IMG/VR virus record: IMGVR_UViG_3300050821_003884
Location: 1-64,000 of that record
Reading direction: 5' to 3' (one strand)
Source of the DNA: a virus
DNA length: 64,000 nucleotides
Shown here: piece after piece, positions 18,082-27,444 of the stretch
How the letters are laid out: the number at the start of each line of letters is the position of its first letter
How positions within the stretch are numbered: position 1 is the first letter of the stretch
Program-made: the position numbers and the translations under genes
Notes under the pieces: generated by a model
The model's input: the letters and a program-made list of their open reading frames with translations, nothing else
Databases searched by the model: none
What the model was told of the DNA's origin: nothing

Positions 18082-18112
18082 ATGTATATTCCCTCCCGGT
18101 AGACGTTCTTTC

Positions 18113-18481
18113 TTATTTCCAAGCAACATGAATGGCAAGCGACTCGGCGATACTGCGCAGAGCCTTGTCTCTAGTCCATAGCTGAGTGGACGGGTTAATA
18201 AGAACGGCGGCAATCAAGTGGGCATCTGTCCAGCCGATGCCCCGGTTGTAAAGCTTCAGGTCTTCGATTAAGCGCCGGATTTCGCTCGATGTTGCCGGAT
18301 AAATCTGCGGTAGACCGTCGAGGCGGGAGATGGTTGTTAATCTTGCTGGCAACGGGCCTAATGCCAATTCGCCAATCACGAATGGATGCATCGTAATCTC
18401 GTCGGCATCAAGTCGCCGCTGCAACTCCAAATCACCGCGATTAAGGTGGTCGATCCAAATCGTTGTATCCGCGAGGATCAT
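18113..18481 (-). CDS. vapC: VapC PIN-domain toxin
   Basis: MILADTTIWIDHL, VIGELALG, DAHLIA, LWTRD PIN acidic residues. Confidence 0.92.
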   Translation of the reverse strand: MILADTTIWIDHLNRGDLELQRRLDADEITMHPFVIGELALGPLPARLTTISRLDGLPQIYPATSSEIRRLIEDLKLYNRGIGWTDAHLIAAVLINPSTQLWTRDKALRSIAESLAIHVAWK

Positions 18482-18690
18482 GCTCTTCGCTTACTTTCCG
18501 GTGCAAACCTGCGGCGCGGAATCTGCGGAAAATCTGGAGCTGACCCGCCAAGCAGCGCTAGACGGCGTGCGCTTTCGCGTTCGATAAGCGCTTTCAATCC
18601 GGCGTTGACCAGTGCTGTTGGCTTGGTCAGTCCCGTCAATTCCTGCGCAGTGTTTAAAAGTTCGTCATCCAGCGCCAATGTTGTTCGCAT
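18478..18690 (-). CDS. vapB: VapB antitoxin
   Basis: MRTTLALDDELL...ALIERESARRLALLGGS; ATGA overlap with vapC. Confidence 0.9.
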   Translation of the reverse strand: MRTTLALDDELLNTAQELTGLTKPTALVNAGLKALIERESARRLALLGGSAPDFPQIPRRRFAPESKRRA

Positions 18691-18748
18691 GGTTCCCCCC
18701 ATGCGTTAATTATAGCATCACATGATGACACAATGCATGCATCGTAGA

Positions 18749-19225
18749 TCAGGGGTATATTACCGTTTGGGCATAAGGCTCGCGGTAGATTTCATGCCGC
18801 GTCTTTGGGTTGTCGAGCACGGTGTTGCCCTGATAGCGGATCGCCTTCTCCGCCACTTCCAGCGGGAACTCGACGCCAAGGTAGGCCAGCCCCGTTTCTT
18901 GCCAAGTGTTGTCGATTAAATTTCCAACGCCGTCGAGGTTCCACGCGTGATGAATCGGAAGAAACGCGCAGCCATCGGCCACTGCGTAGCCTTCCACAAA
19001 TCTGTATTTGCCTGTTCTGGCCAGCTTCAGCGCGTTAGAGAAGCAGCCTCTTGGGATGCCGCGCCGCATACGCTTCGGCAGGGGCCTCGGTTCGTACCAT
19101 GTGCCATGCAGCAACAGGAACTCCCCGATCCCCGCATAGGTGTACCCCTCCGGCATCTGCCCGCGAGTAACTCTGCCAAGTAACGTTAGCCAGTCTGTAA
19201 TAGCTTTCTGTGCATCTGAATTCAT
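18749..19225 (-). CDS. Conserved phage protein, possible Cys-His (transglutaminase/papain-like) fold
   Basis: GCFSNA...VEGYA...HHAWN...IDNTW. Confidence 0.5.
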   Translation of the reverse strand: MNSDAQKAITDWLTLLGRVTRGQMPEGYTYAGIGEFLLLHGTWYEPRPLPKRMRRGIPRGCFSNALKLARTGKYRFVEGYAVADGCAFLPIHHAWNLDGVGNLIDNTWQETGLAYLGVEFPLEVAEKAIRYQGNTVLDNPKTRHEIYREPYAQTVIYP

Positions 19226-19317
19226 AGTTATAATTGTTCTCGCGGGGTGTTATCCTTCCGTCCCCCAGATTGAAGTGAGTAGTACCTCGGGCACCCCGCC
19301 ACTTATCTATCCAGTTT

Positions 19318-19545
19318 TTAAAGGTCGTCGCCAATCAGGGTGATGATTCTCGGCCTGCCGCCTTTGCGGGGGCGCGGCAGCTTGATCTCATCGACGTGCG
19401 ACGGCTGCTTCTTGCCGTTCCACGCCCGCGACCTGCACTTCTTGTTCTGGCAGTTCTGCGGCGGTGTCTTGCCGATGGAAACCCATTTATGGTGGCACTT
19501 GTTGCAGGTGCATTCATTAGCGGCGATAGTGATACTGCGAATCAT
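19318..19545 (-). CDS. Zn-ribbon protein (paralog family)
   Basis: CNKCHHKW...PQNCQNKKCRSRAWN. Confidence 0.65.
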   Translation of the reverse strand: MIRSITIAANECTCNKCHHKWVSIGKTPPQNCQNKKCRSRAWNGKKQPSHVDEIKLPRPRKGGRPRIITLIGDDL

Positions 19546-20030
19546 TCGTTCATCCTTGCCCTTTTCTCCTCGGGTGCTTCGGCCTGACGCCCGGAGTCCC
19601 AGAGGTGATTCCAGATGCGGTTATAGAGTGATGGCTCATGCCACGCCTGAAAGACCGCCACCAGCCCTTCGTGCGACAGCCGTTCCTGATCCTGCGCCCC
19701 GCAGCCGAAAAATGCGCAACCGAAAGGCGATGTCTCCCAAATCTGGCAGCGCCGCTGCACGTAGTAAATGCAGGAGCCGTCAGGCTTGGTCGCCATGACC
19801 AGCGTGGGGATGCGGAAGACTTCTCCATGCTTTGCGACGATGGCTCCGGGTGACGCCAGTAAATTTAATTCAGCCCACTGCAACGGGTCCGCGCCTTCCG
19901 GGATCATGCGATCCAGATCGGATGGGATGAGGAACCCCGGAAGGTACATGCAGTTCCTGCGGCAGGTGCGGCAGGAACAGCCCTCGCCGCGCTCTACGCC
20001 GAATTCCGTTCTTGTAATCACTTCAGTCAT
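19542..20030 (-). CDS. YkgJ-like Cys-cluster (Fe-S/Zn) protein
   Basis: CSCRTCRRNC...CIYY...CQIWETSPFGC. Confidence 0.65.
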   Translation of the reverse strand: MTEVITRTEFGVERGEGCSCRTCRRNCMYLPGFLIPSDLDRMIPEGADPLQWAELNLLASPGAIVAKHGEVFRIPTLVMATKPDGSCIYYVQRRCQIWETSPFGCAFFGCGAQDQERLSHEGLVAVFQAWHEPSLYNRIWNHLWDSGRQAEAPEEKRARMNE

Positions 20031-20422
20031 TGACCGTCCTGTATCTTTTCCTGACGCACAAAAACAAAAGGCGCGTCGAAAAGCTCCTTAATAAATGCCT
20101 CATAGTCGCCGTGGTTGAGAATCTCGTACAGCCTGCCGTTCTCCGATGCCGCCTCTAGCGATCCGCCGGTGCTCCGCAGGGCAAAGATGCAGTAATTGCG
20201 CGCACCGGGAACCTCCGCCCTATACCAGCTTTTTCGGTCCTCCGACTCAAAGGCTTTGTCGTCCTCGTAGTAGCGGAAGCGATAGGTAAGCTCGTACTTA
20301 TCGTCCGGGATCACCTCGCGCAGGCAGGCCATCCAGTCCTGCTTTTCTGTCGTCTTCAGAAACCAGACGCCGACAACCTTGTCGTCGAGCTGGATGCCGT
20401 CAAAGGTCTTCTCATCCGTCAT
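20027..20422 (-). CDS. Hypothetical protein
   Basis: Coupled overlaps on both sides. Confidence 0.6.
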   Translation of the reverse strand: MTDEKTFDGIQLDDKVVGVWFLKTTEKQDWMACLREVIPDDKYELTYRFRYYEDDKAFESEDRKSWYRAEVPGARNYCIFALRSTGGSLEAASENGRLYEILNHGDYEAFIKELFDAPFVFVRQEKIQDGQ

Positions 20423-20628
20423 TGCGCTGTACCTCTCTGCTTGTCGCTGATGGCCATTTCAATTCCGTACTCGCCGACTTCCGTTTCGCAAACCGTGAAA
20501 CTCAGTCTGCGCCCATTGTCGAGAGTCAGCACCGGGTTCGTGGTACGCGGACGGTGCGACAGGCCAGTGCCGAACCATCCCCAGTCAACATCGACAATCG
20601 TGCGACCGATTAAATCAGCTTTTCGCAT
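20419..20628 (-). CDS. Hypothetical protein
   Basis: Coupled overlap, SD. Confidence 0.55.
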   Translation of the reverse strand: MRKADLIGRTIVDVDWGWFGTGLSHRPRTTNPVLTLDNGRRLSFTVCETEVGEYGIEMAISDKQRGTAQ

Positions 20629-20654
20629 TCAGCCAGCTCCGGCTACTTCTCTGT

Positions 20655-21260
20655 TCACTCATAACAGCTCCAAACTTCTTCTAGGTCGAGAACGAATCCC
20701 TGTACTGGATTTATGCCCGTAAGGCTGGAAGCTGAGGACACCTCGCCAATCAGGCCAAACGCATTGTAGATGTAGCAACGTCTGTCCTTCGGATCAATCA
20801 GCCAGCCAAGAGCCGCACCATTTTTCGCCCAGCGCTCCATCTTTTCCTGAGCCTCTTTCAGGGAGTCGCTCGGAGAACGAAGCTCGATGACGAAGTTGGG
20901 GCAGACAGGCGGGTAGCCCTTCAGAGCACCTTTGGGCAGTTGCCCCAAGCGCTCCTCTGTAACGTAAGCAGCGTCTGGGCACATACGGTCACGGCTGGCT
21001 GGGGATGCGGCGTCCGGGAAAATAAATTCCGTGCTGGAATCGAAGCAGCGCCCTCGTCTGTGTGTCTTCCACCAATTACGTAGCTGCGCGGCGATCTCTG
21101 AGTTTGCGTCGCCAGTCTCACCACCTGTTGGCGGATTCATGAAAATTTCTCCTCCTCTAATTTCGATCTGCATAGAGCTGAAGGCGCGACACAACTCGTC
21201 GTATTCCTCGTCAGTAAGTTGCGGGTCAAAGATGACCCTGTGTGCTTGTATGGTTGCCAT
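20655..21260 (-). CDS. Uma2-family (PD-(D/E)XK) endonuclease-like protein
   Basis: MNPPTGGETG, PDAAYV, PNFVIELRSPSD, GWLIDP. Confidence 0.9.
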   Translation of the reverse strand: MATIQAHRVIFDPQLTDEEYDELCRAFSSMQIEIRGGEIFMNPPTGGETGDANSEIAAQLRNWWKTHRRGRCFDSSTEFIFPDAASPASRDRMCPDAAYVTEERLGQLPKGALKGYPPVCPNFVIELRSPSDSLKEAQEKMERWAKNGAALGWLIDPKDRRCYIYNAFGLIGEVSSASSLTGINPVQGFVLDLEEVWSCYE

Positions 21261-21263
21261 GAT

Positions 21264-21689
21264 TCAACTCCTTATTGGTCGTTGCACCGACTTCTCCGTG
21301 TTGGGGACGCTGGGCTTGGGGCCGATACCGTCCCAGATATTGCGGCCCTGCTCCCAGCACAGGCCCATGCGCGTGAAATACGGCACGTCTGAGAGAAAGC
21401 CGAACAGGTGGTACTGATTACTCAGGTCCACCACCTGCGACTCTCGCGGATACATTTCCACCATTTCCGTCTCCGGCCCCAGCAGCTCATTTTTAATTCG
21501 CTGGAAGTCGCGCCAGTCGTGCTTGGCGGTACGCTCGTTGTCCCGGATGGATAGGTGGATGATGTCCGGGCCGCCCTCCTTAGGGTTGGGATACCGGCGC
21601 ATGATGACGTGATACCGGTTGTTGTGAAATAAAACTCCCTGACCGTCGGGCAATTGCTCCATCTGAAACGGCGACCAGCTTCTAGGCAT
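21264..21689 (-). CDS. Conserved phage hypothetical protein
   Basis: HLSIR...DWRDFQRIKNELLG...EMYP...VVD...NQYHL. Confidence 0.7.
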   Translation of the reverse strand: MPRSWSPFQMEQLPDGQGVLFHNNRYHVIMRRYPNPKEGGPDIIHLSIRDNERTAKHDWRDFQRIKNELLGPETEMVEMYPRESQVVDLSNQYHLFGFLSDVPYFTRMGLCWEQGRNIWDGIGPKPSVPNTEKSVQRPIRS

Positions 21690-22116
21690 TCTGCTCCTCT
21701 GGCCCCGTCTCCTTCGTCTTTACCAGATACGTTGTGCGCCTCGGCTGGAGCGCCTTCAGCCTTGCGATCTGCTGGTCGAGGACGAACAAAAACGCCTTCT
21801 CCCTGCAAACACACTCGTTCTTCTTGTGGTCGCACGGGCCGAATCCGACAATCATGTCGTCGATGATGGTTCGCGCCTCGGTGAACACCTCCAGCATCAG
21901 CTCGTAGCTCGGGGCGCGGGGAGCCTCTGTGCCCGTCTCGATCTGCGAAAGAAAAGGGACACTGGCATACGGCTCTGCGAAGCGGTGATCCTCGCCGTTC
22001 CAGCTTCTGATCTTGCACTTTGCGCAGCGATGGGGCTTCGCGTCAGCGTCCCACTCCCAGCCGCAGTGAACACATCTGCAATGGAAGACTGTCTTGGTTT
22101 TAAGGGTGATAGGCAT
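21682..22116 (-). CDS. Zn-ribbon protein (paralog family)
   Basis: CVHCGWEW...PHRCAKCKIRSWN. Confidence 0.65.
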   Translation of the reverse strand: MPITLKTKTVFHCRCVHCGWEWDADAKPHRCAKCKIRSWNGEDHRFAEPYASVPFLSQIETGTEAPRAPSYELMLEVFTEARTIIDDMIVGFGPCDHKKNECVCREKAFLFVLDQQIARLKALQPRRTTYLVKTKETGPEEQNA

Positions 22117-22169
22117 GGGGAAATGCTCTCCTGAAAATTACTTTTGGTGCGTGTCTACTCCAGCCCACT

Positions 22170-22514
22170 TTAATGAGTTGGCTGCCGGTTCTCGCGGAAC
22201 TTGCGATGCAGCTCGGCGATACTCCTGCGGGCTTCGGCCACAGGCAGCCTGTGACCGTACTTCCTGCGAAAGGTTTCAACGCTGCGATCAAGCAACGCAT
22301 CCCAGTTGTTCGCATCGATCAGGCCCGCACAGGTCTTGCACGCCGCCCAGTCGGACTCGGAATTAATGTTCAGCTTGCTGCCGTCCGGCTTGGGTAACTG
22401 CGACACATTAAAATCTCTTGCCGGGTAATCGGCGTAAATGGGGCTATCAGAGCAAAAGTCGCAAATCGGCCCCTCCGGCGGCTCGCTAAGGTAAACTGTC
22501 TCTCCGCTTTTCAT
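22170..22514 (-). CDS. Zn-finger hypothetical protein
   Basis: CDFC...WAACKTC...NNWDALL. Confidence 0.6.
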   Translation of the reverse strand: MKSGETVYLSEPPEGPICDFCSDSPIYADYPARDFNVSQLPKPDGSKLNINSESDWAACKTCAGLIDANNWDALLDRSVETFRRKYGHRLPVAEARRSIAELHRKFRENRQPTH

Positions 22515-22520
22515 TCTGCT

Positions 22521-22868
22521 CTATTCTACCACCGTGGTGTCAACTGCAACCTCGTGTGTCGTTCCATCCGGTATGGGTGGACGGCCAGCCACGGCGCGAA
22601 GCAGCCCCTCCTGTACGTTGCGGCGAACATCGAGGACAGCTTGAAGCGCGACAAGGGAAGTGCGCAGCGAGGCTCGCTCAGTCTCGGTGATGGCCGTCCC
22701 TCGCGCCACCTCCAGCAGGATTATGCGATGCTCATTTAAAAAATCTGCCGCAGCGTTGGCCAGCGCAGCGGTCGCTTCCTCGAACAGCTTTACATGTGCG
22801 TTGACGCGCTCGACGCCTTCTGGGGTCTGCAAGCCTTGGGGTGTGAGGTCAATCTCCTCGATTTCCAT
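22521..22868 (-). CDS. Hypothetical protein
   Basis: GGAGG SD, TAATG coupling. Confidence 0.6.
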   Translation of the reverse strand: MEIEEIDLTPQGLQTPEGVERVNAHVKLFEEATAALANAAADFLNEHRIILLEVARGTAITETERASLRTSLVALQAVLDVRRNVQEGLLRAVAGRPPIPDGTTHEVAVDTTVVE

Positions 22869-23050
22869 TAGTAGTCCTCCGGTTCAATCGGTTCGTCTAC
22901 ATCCGCTTGGGTGTAGTGCGTGAATATTACTGGGCGGTAGCGTGCCAGCTTCTCGGCCTTGCACTTGGCGCAGACGCGGCAGAGCGGGATGCCTCTGCCG
23001 TCTTGCTCCCACCAGCTCTCCAGCCCAGAGCCACAGGAACAGGGGCGCAT
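22868..23050 (-). CDS. Small Cys-rich phage protein
   Basis: MRPCSCGSG...DGRGIPLCRVCAKC; start moved to 23050 (TAATG coupling). Confidence 0.6.
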   Translation of the reverse strand: MRPCSCGSGLESWWEQDGRGIPLCRVCAKCKAEKLARYRPVIFTHYTQADVDEPIEPEDY

Positions 23051-23532
23051 TAGCTTATCTCCTGCGGCGTCTTCCATGCCTGCTGGTTGCGGATTTCTAA
23101 AACCTGCTGAATGGATAGCTTGTCGATATCCCAGCCCTTGGCCTTGCAGTACTGCGCCACGAACTCGCCGCGCATGCGGAGGATGGTGTGCTGTTCCTGT
23201 GTACCGCCTGCGACGGTGACTCCACCGGGCAGTGCGATTTCTGGTACGTGGTTGGCCAGCGCATAGCGGGGCGTGAAGAAGTCTTCCAGCTTTCCGGTGT
23301 CGCGGTTGATGTGCTTGCGGATGCCGTAAATGTCGTGCGATAAGTCCTGCAAGGGGCCTTCCAGCATGCTCTTGAAGTCGAGCGCACAGGCGTTGGCGTG
23401 GCACGCCATAAGGTCCATTACCAGCGTGCGCTTGTCGTCAGGGTAGTGCGTGAACGCGGCCAGTGCGCGGTCAGCGACCTGCACAAGCAAGTCGAATTCC
23501 GGCTTGGAAATTTCCCAGTTGGTGATCGTCAT
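23050..23532 (-). CDS. Conserved phage hypothetical protein
   Basis: MDLMACH...LD...HDIYGIRKHINRDTGKLEDFFTPR. Confidence 0.65.
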   Translation of the reverse strand: MTITNWEISKPEFDLLVQVADRALAAFTHYPDDKRTLVMDLMACHANACALDFKSMLEGPLQDLSHDIYGIRKHINRDTGKLEDFFTPRYALANHVPEIALPGGVTVAGGTQEQHTILRMRGEFVAQYCKAKGWDIDKLSIQQVLEIRNQQAWKTPQEIS

Positions 23533-23867
23533 TTTAAATTTCCTCCAGTCAGGGCGCTGATACATGCCTCAGAGGGCCAGCGGTTGATGTCGCTGCGGCA
23601 GTCGCCGCTGTAGCCCGGTGGATGAGCGCCGTCGCAGCAGCCGCAATCTTCCCAGTCGTCGGGCGGATTTTCGGCGTAGGTAGGGTTCGGTGCCAGCTCC
23701 CATGCCTTGGGGTCTACATAGAAACCCTTCGACTGGGCAACAGGCTGGTTATTGCTGGGTTGGGTCGTCATGTCATTACTCCTACTGAGAAAGGCGAGGA
23801 TACTCTCAACAAAGGTCAGCATCGTTTCCCTCACGCAAATCGGTTTACCTGCGGTTGCGGCGTTCAC
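23529..23867 (-). CDS. Hypothetical Cys-containing protein (start may be 23771)
   Basis: CGCCDGAHPPGYSGDCR. Confidence 0.5.
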   Translation of the reverse strand: MNAATAGKPICVRETMLTFVESILAFLSRSNDMTTQPSNNQPVAQSKGFYVDPKAWELAPNPTYAENPPDDWEDCGCCDGAHPPGYSGDCRSDINRWPSEACISALTGGNLK

Positions 23868-24283
23868 TTCTTACTGCTCCTGTAGGCGTCGATCAGCTCC
23901 TGAATCTGGCCGTCCGCTGCGGACAGCAGGCTCTGAGCCTGATCTTTCACGACATTGCTACCGCTCTGGAAGGCCCATTGCTGAACAAAAAGGTCGCCAT
24001 CGTCGGTCTGCATTGTTAAGGCAACCGCCTGAATACTGGAAGAGTCCTTGGCAAGGGCATCGCTCAGCGTGACCACGTGCAGCCTCCAGCGGGTGCCCGT
24101 GGACGCGGATTCGTAGCGCGGACTGCGGGCAATATCATCGCGCAGGGCGGAGCAAAAACGTCCGCCGACAAAGTCGTCGGCTTCGTTGGTGCAGGTGACT
24201 TCGATAGGCTGCTTGTTGGGCTGTGCATGGCACAGGCTGGCGGTGAAAACTAAGGCAGAGAGTATTACAGTAGTAAGTTTCAT
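23864..24283 (-). CDS. Secreted/exported hypothetical protein
   Basis: Signal-peptide-like MKLTTVILSALVFTASLCHA. Confidence 0.65.
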   Translation of the reverse strand: MKLTTVILSALVFTASLCHAQPNKQPIEVTCTNEADDFVGGRFCSALRDDIARSPRYESASTGTRWRLHVVTLSDALAKDSSSIQAVALTMQTDDGDLFVQQWAFQSGSNVVKDQAQSLLSAADGQIQELIDAYRSSKK

Positions 24284-24322
24284 TTCCCCTCCCGGAAATC
24301 GGTTTATGTGTAGTTGCTGTTT

Positions 24323-24517
24323 TTAATTTGCGTGCTGGTGCAGGTAATCCCAAGCTTCTCGGGCAGTGAAGCTCCCGAGACGCCTTCCAGCCCCGTTGTA
24401 GATGGTCCTGCGCTGATCGTCGTTCTCTTTGCGGTGCGTCCAGCCCCGGCTGGCGATGGCTTCGCTCAGAGTCTGCTCGCCTGCGACGACAGTGTTGACA
24501 TAATGTTCGTGATCCAC
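24323..24517 (-). CDS. Hypothetical protein
   Basis: Preceded by start-associated motif. Confidence 0.55.
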   Translation of the reverse strand: MDHEHYVNTVVAGEQTLSEAIASRGWTHRKENDDQRRTIYNGAGRRLGSFTAREAWDYLHQHAN

Positions 24518-24551
24518 TTTTCCCTCCCGAAAATTGGTTTATATGTGTTGT

Positions 24552-25097
24552 CTATTCCGGCAACCCGACGAAAAAGTCTTCTACCCTGAGCGCTCCCTTG
24601 AGCGGAGCGGGCAGCGTTACATCGTCGGTTGAATCCAGAAGAGCGGACAGCGTTCGCCAGTAGGCGATGACGGTGCGCTGCTTGGGATCGACTACCCACA
24701 CCACATCGACACGCGCATTCAGGTAGATATCCACCTTCTCACTCGCGTCCTGATTCGGCGACAAGATTTCCACCGCCAGCAGGGGAGGAACGTTGACGTA
24801 CGCGTCGTCCTGCATGGCCCGTCTCCACGCTGGCCATGAAACGATGAACAGGTCAGGCGAGGGCATGTCGTAGGGTGTCAGCTTGATGTTGGAGTCGCCG
24901 TTGCAGATGTAGCCGCTGTCCTTACACGCAGCGTCGAGCAGTCTCCGAATGTTCTGCTGCACCTGCTGGTGCAGCGGCTTTGCGTCCGGTGTCATCACTA
25001 TCCTTCCGTTAATCAGTTCGTCGCGAAACCCCGGAACGCCAGCGAACGAATGCTCGTACTGCTCGACCATGATGGGGTGCGTGTTTATGGTTGCCAT
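24552..25097 (-). CDS. Uma2-family endonuclease-like protein (second copy)
   Basis: ELINGRIVMTP, HQ, SPDLFIV, PLLAVEILSP, VWVVDP. Confidence 0.9.
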   Translation of the reverse strand: MATINTHPIMVEQYEHSFAGVPGFRDELINGRIVMTPDAKPLHQQVQQNIRRLLDAACKDSGYICNGDSNIKLTPYDMPSPDLFIVSWPAWRRAMQDDAYVNVPPLLAVEILSPNQDASEKVDIYLNARVDVVWVVDPKQRTVIAYWRTLSALLDSTDDVTLPAPLKGALRVEDFFVGLPE

Positions 25098-25131
25098 CTC
25101 AAATCCCTCCCGGTAAATCTGTTTATGCGTG

Positions 25132-25716
25132 TTACTTGCTTGCGGTTCCCGATTCTTCCAAGTCCTCTACGTCGGCCAAATCACGTCTCCGGCCAGCGGC
25201 TAACTTAGAAGCGATGAGGTCTTGCTTGGAAATAAAAGGTATCTCAAGGTCACCCAGCTTGGCGATAACACGCTGCCTCCAAGCCGAGTCGAAGTCTACC
25301 CCGGAAATCTTTTTAAGTATGTCGATGCGGAATGGCTCAACCCCAATCTGCAAAATCAGATCGTTAGCGAAATCGGCAGGGGCGAATTTGTCCATCGGTG
25401 CCCCAAACTCACTGCACGCGTCGTAGGCGTGCTGGGCGTTCTCGGCAGTTTGGCGTATCCATACGTCGAAGTCTTTGGTGTATCGCCACTGAGCATAAAA
25501 GCTGAAGGCGTGCCCACCAATGATGAGATAGTCAACGCCGTGCTTATTCAATACGCGCAGCATGGCTATGTAATCGGGTGACTCAATATGCAAAGCTTCT
25601 TTCATCTGAAAAATCTCCCTCATCCGCCTGTCTTCGCTCAGACCATGCCATGCGAGATATTCCGACCTTTTCACGTCGGCGAAGTTGGTGTAGCTGGTTA
25701 AGGTAATGTCGCGCAT
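25132..25716 (-). CDS. Nucleotidyltransferase-fold protein
   Basis: YLIIGGHA...RYTKDFDVW...IDIL...LIASKLAAGRRRDLAD. Confidence 0.8.
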   Translation of the reverse strand: MRDITLTSYTNFADVKRSEYLAWHGLSEDRRMREIFQMKEALHIESPDYIAMLRVLNKHGVDYLIIGGHAFSFYAQWRYTKDFDVWIRQTAENAQHAYDACSEFGAPMDKFAPADFANDLILQIGVEPFRIDILKKISGVDFDSAWRQRVIAKLGDLEIPFISKQDLIASKLAAGRRRDLADVEDLEESGTASK

Positions 25717-25717
25717 G

Positions 25718-26080
25718 TTATGCGTCCCCCTCTCGCAGGCCGCAGATTTTAATTCGCAGCGCCCGCCACTCATCCGGCGTCAGCTTATCCAGCGGGTGAT
25801 TGTCGTGCTCCATGGTTTCGATGGATGACCGGATGTCGTCGGCATCCGCGTAGTCAGGACGCGCCCGGAATGCAGCGATGCGGCTGCGCTCCTCGGCCTC
25901 GTCTGCTCGCTTCTTCTGCTCTGCTTTAATTTCGGCCTTGGTCGCGGGGCGGGGAACTGTGTATCCCATGGGCGCGATTTCGCCGTCAGCCCTGATCACA
26001 GTGTGAGTGCCGGAATAGGTCGTGAAGGCTGTCCAGCCCTCCGCTCGCCGTGTCGGTATTACTTTCTTGGCTTTTGCCAT
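25718..26080 (-). CDS. Hypothetical protein
   Basis: GGGAGG SD. Confidence 0.6.
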   Translation of the reverse strand: MAKAKKVIPTRRAEGWTAFTTYSGTHTVIRADGEIAPMGYTVPRPATKAEIKAEQKKRADEAEERSRIAAFRARPDYADADDIRSSIETMEHDNHPLDKLTPDEWRALRIKICGLREGDA

Positions 26081-26111
26081 TTTCCCTCCCGTAAATACAG
26101 TAGATCATAGT

Positions 26112-26128
26112 TAGCACTATGGTGTCAA
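26112..26128 (-). promoter_or_regulatory. -35 box with overlapping palindromic site B (copy 1)
   Basis: Minus strand TTGACACCATAGTGCTA. Confidence 0.55.
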
Positions 26129-26152
26129 GTTAACCCAATTCTTCTCAGTCAC

Positions 26153-27418
26153 TCACTGGCCAAGCCCTCGCGTGTACGGCTCGATCCAGATACGTTTCTT
26201 CTGTTGCAGTTTGCGCTCGCCGAATGGCTGCTCGCGATAGAATCCCCGCACCCAGTGGAAGCGGGGCGACGCGTGGTGGCCGCCCTGATACTCGCTCGCC
26301 TCCCGGCGTATGCGGTAGTCCTCGCCGATGATGCTCGGGGTCCAGAATTCCTTCGCGGCCTTCTTCTCGCTTGCAGGGAAGTGCTTTAAGCGTGTGCCCA
26401 GCTTCACCATGTCCGGACGGGAAGTCATCAGGAGCAGAGTCCCGAAGATGTAGTGAATTAAATCAACCAGCATCAGGTTGTCATCGTCGGTCATCGCTGG
26501 CTGGTAGAACCATCCCGATTCGTGGCGGTCATCGCTGAACCGGGACACCATCTTATCTGCGTCGGGCAGGCTGATACGCTCCCCAAACGCGTCTAAAGGC
26601 ATATTCCAGTGGGTGAGATGTCCGGCCTCGGTGAGCGCCAGCATAGTCAGCGCTCCGTTGACGGAACCATAGGGTCGTCCGGGGATGAGCTTGGAAATCA
26701 ATCTCTCATTTTCCCGGAAGCGGCTATAGGCAATGAATTCTACATTGCCCTCGGTGGGGTGCCGCATGCTCCCCTTCGGCAGCATAAAGATCGCCGCCTC
26801 GAAAGGCAGCGGCATCGCGTACCAGTCGATCTCGCCGGGGGGAGTCGTCTGCCGGATGGCCTCGGCGATGTCTTTCCCCAGCCAGTACATCGGCATCTGG
26901 TAACGGGCAAGCTGGGAGGCTACAAGAAACTCGTATTGTTCGCTGCGCCCTACGGTTCCCTGCATCACCTTCAAGGCGATGGCGGCAAACTGACGCGCTG
27001 GTTCTTTCGGGCTGTAGTAATTTCCGCAGCGCGGCGACTCGGAATAAATTCGCGGATAGCAGATGCGCCACAGTTCGGGATAATTCCTTTCCAGCTCATC
27101 GTAGGTGTCGCGAATCTCCTGCGCGGTAAACTCCATCTTCGGGATATGCCGCCGGACGGCATAGCGATGGAACTCAGAGAGAGACATATCGCCAGCCTGA
27201 TTGAGAAGAACTGGGGAAAGCTTGGCCATCTCCGGGTCTGCCATCATGGCCTTCAGGAGCCGCGCATGGACGGCATCCCAGTTATCAACCTCGATGAACC
27301 CCTCGCATGTCGCGCAAGCCATCCAGCGCCACACCTGCTGATCCTCGCCGCTGCTGGTGCGGCTCGCTGCGTAGACGACGACTGGATCGGGTCCGGCGCA
27401 GAAGTCGCAGCGAGACAC
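26153..27418 (-). CDS. Hypothetical two-module protein
   Basis: N-terminal CDFC...WMACATC module similar to 22170-22514; C-terminal SPRFHWVRGFYREQ...WIEP motif. Confidence 0.65.
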   Translation of the reverse strand: MSRCDFCAGPDPVVVYAASRTSSGEDQQVWRWMACATCEGFIEVDNWDAVHARLLKAMMADPEMAKLSPVLLNQAGDMSLSEFHRYAVRRHIPKMEFTAQEIRDTYDELERNYPELWRICYPRIYSESPRCGNYYSPKEPARQFAAIALKVMQGTVGRSEQYEFLVASQLARYQMPMYWLGKDIAEAIRQTTPPGEIDWYAMPLPFEAAIFMLPKGSMRHPTEGNVEFIAYSRFRENERLISKLIPGRPYGSVNGALTMLALTEAGHLTHWNMPLDAFGERISLPDADKMVSRFSDDRHESGWFYQPAMTDDDNLMLVDLIHYIFGTLLLMTSRPDMVKLGTRLKHFPASEKKAAKEFWTPSIIGEDYRIRREASEYQGGHHASPRFHWVRGFYREQPFGERKLQQKKRIWIEPYTRGLGQ

Positions 27419-27444
27419 CGCCGTGGGTATATATTTCTCATGGT

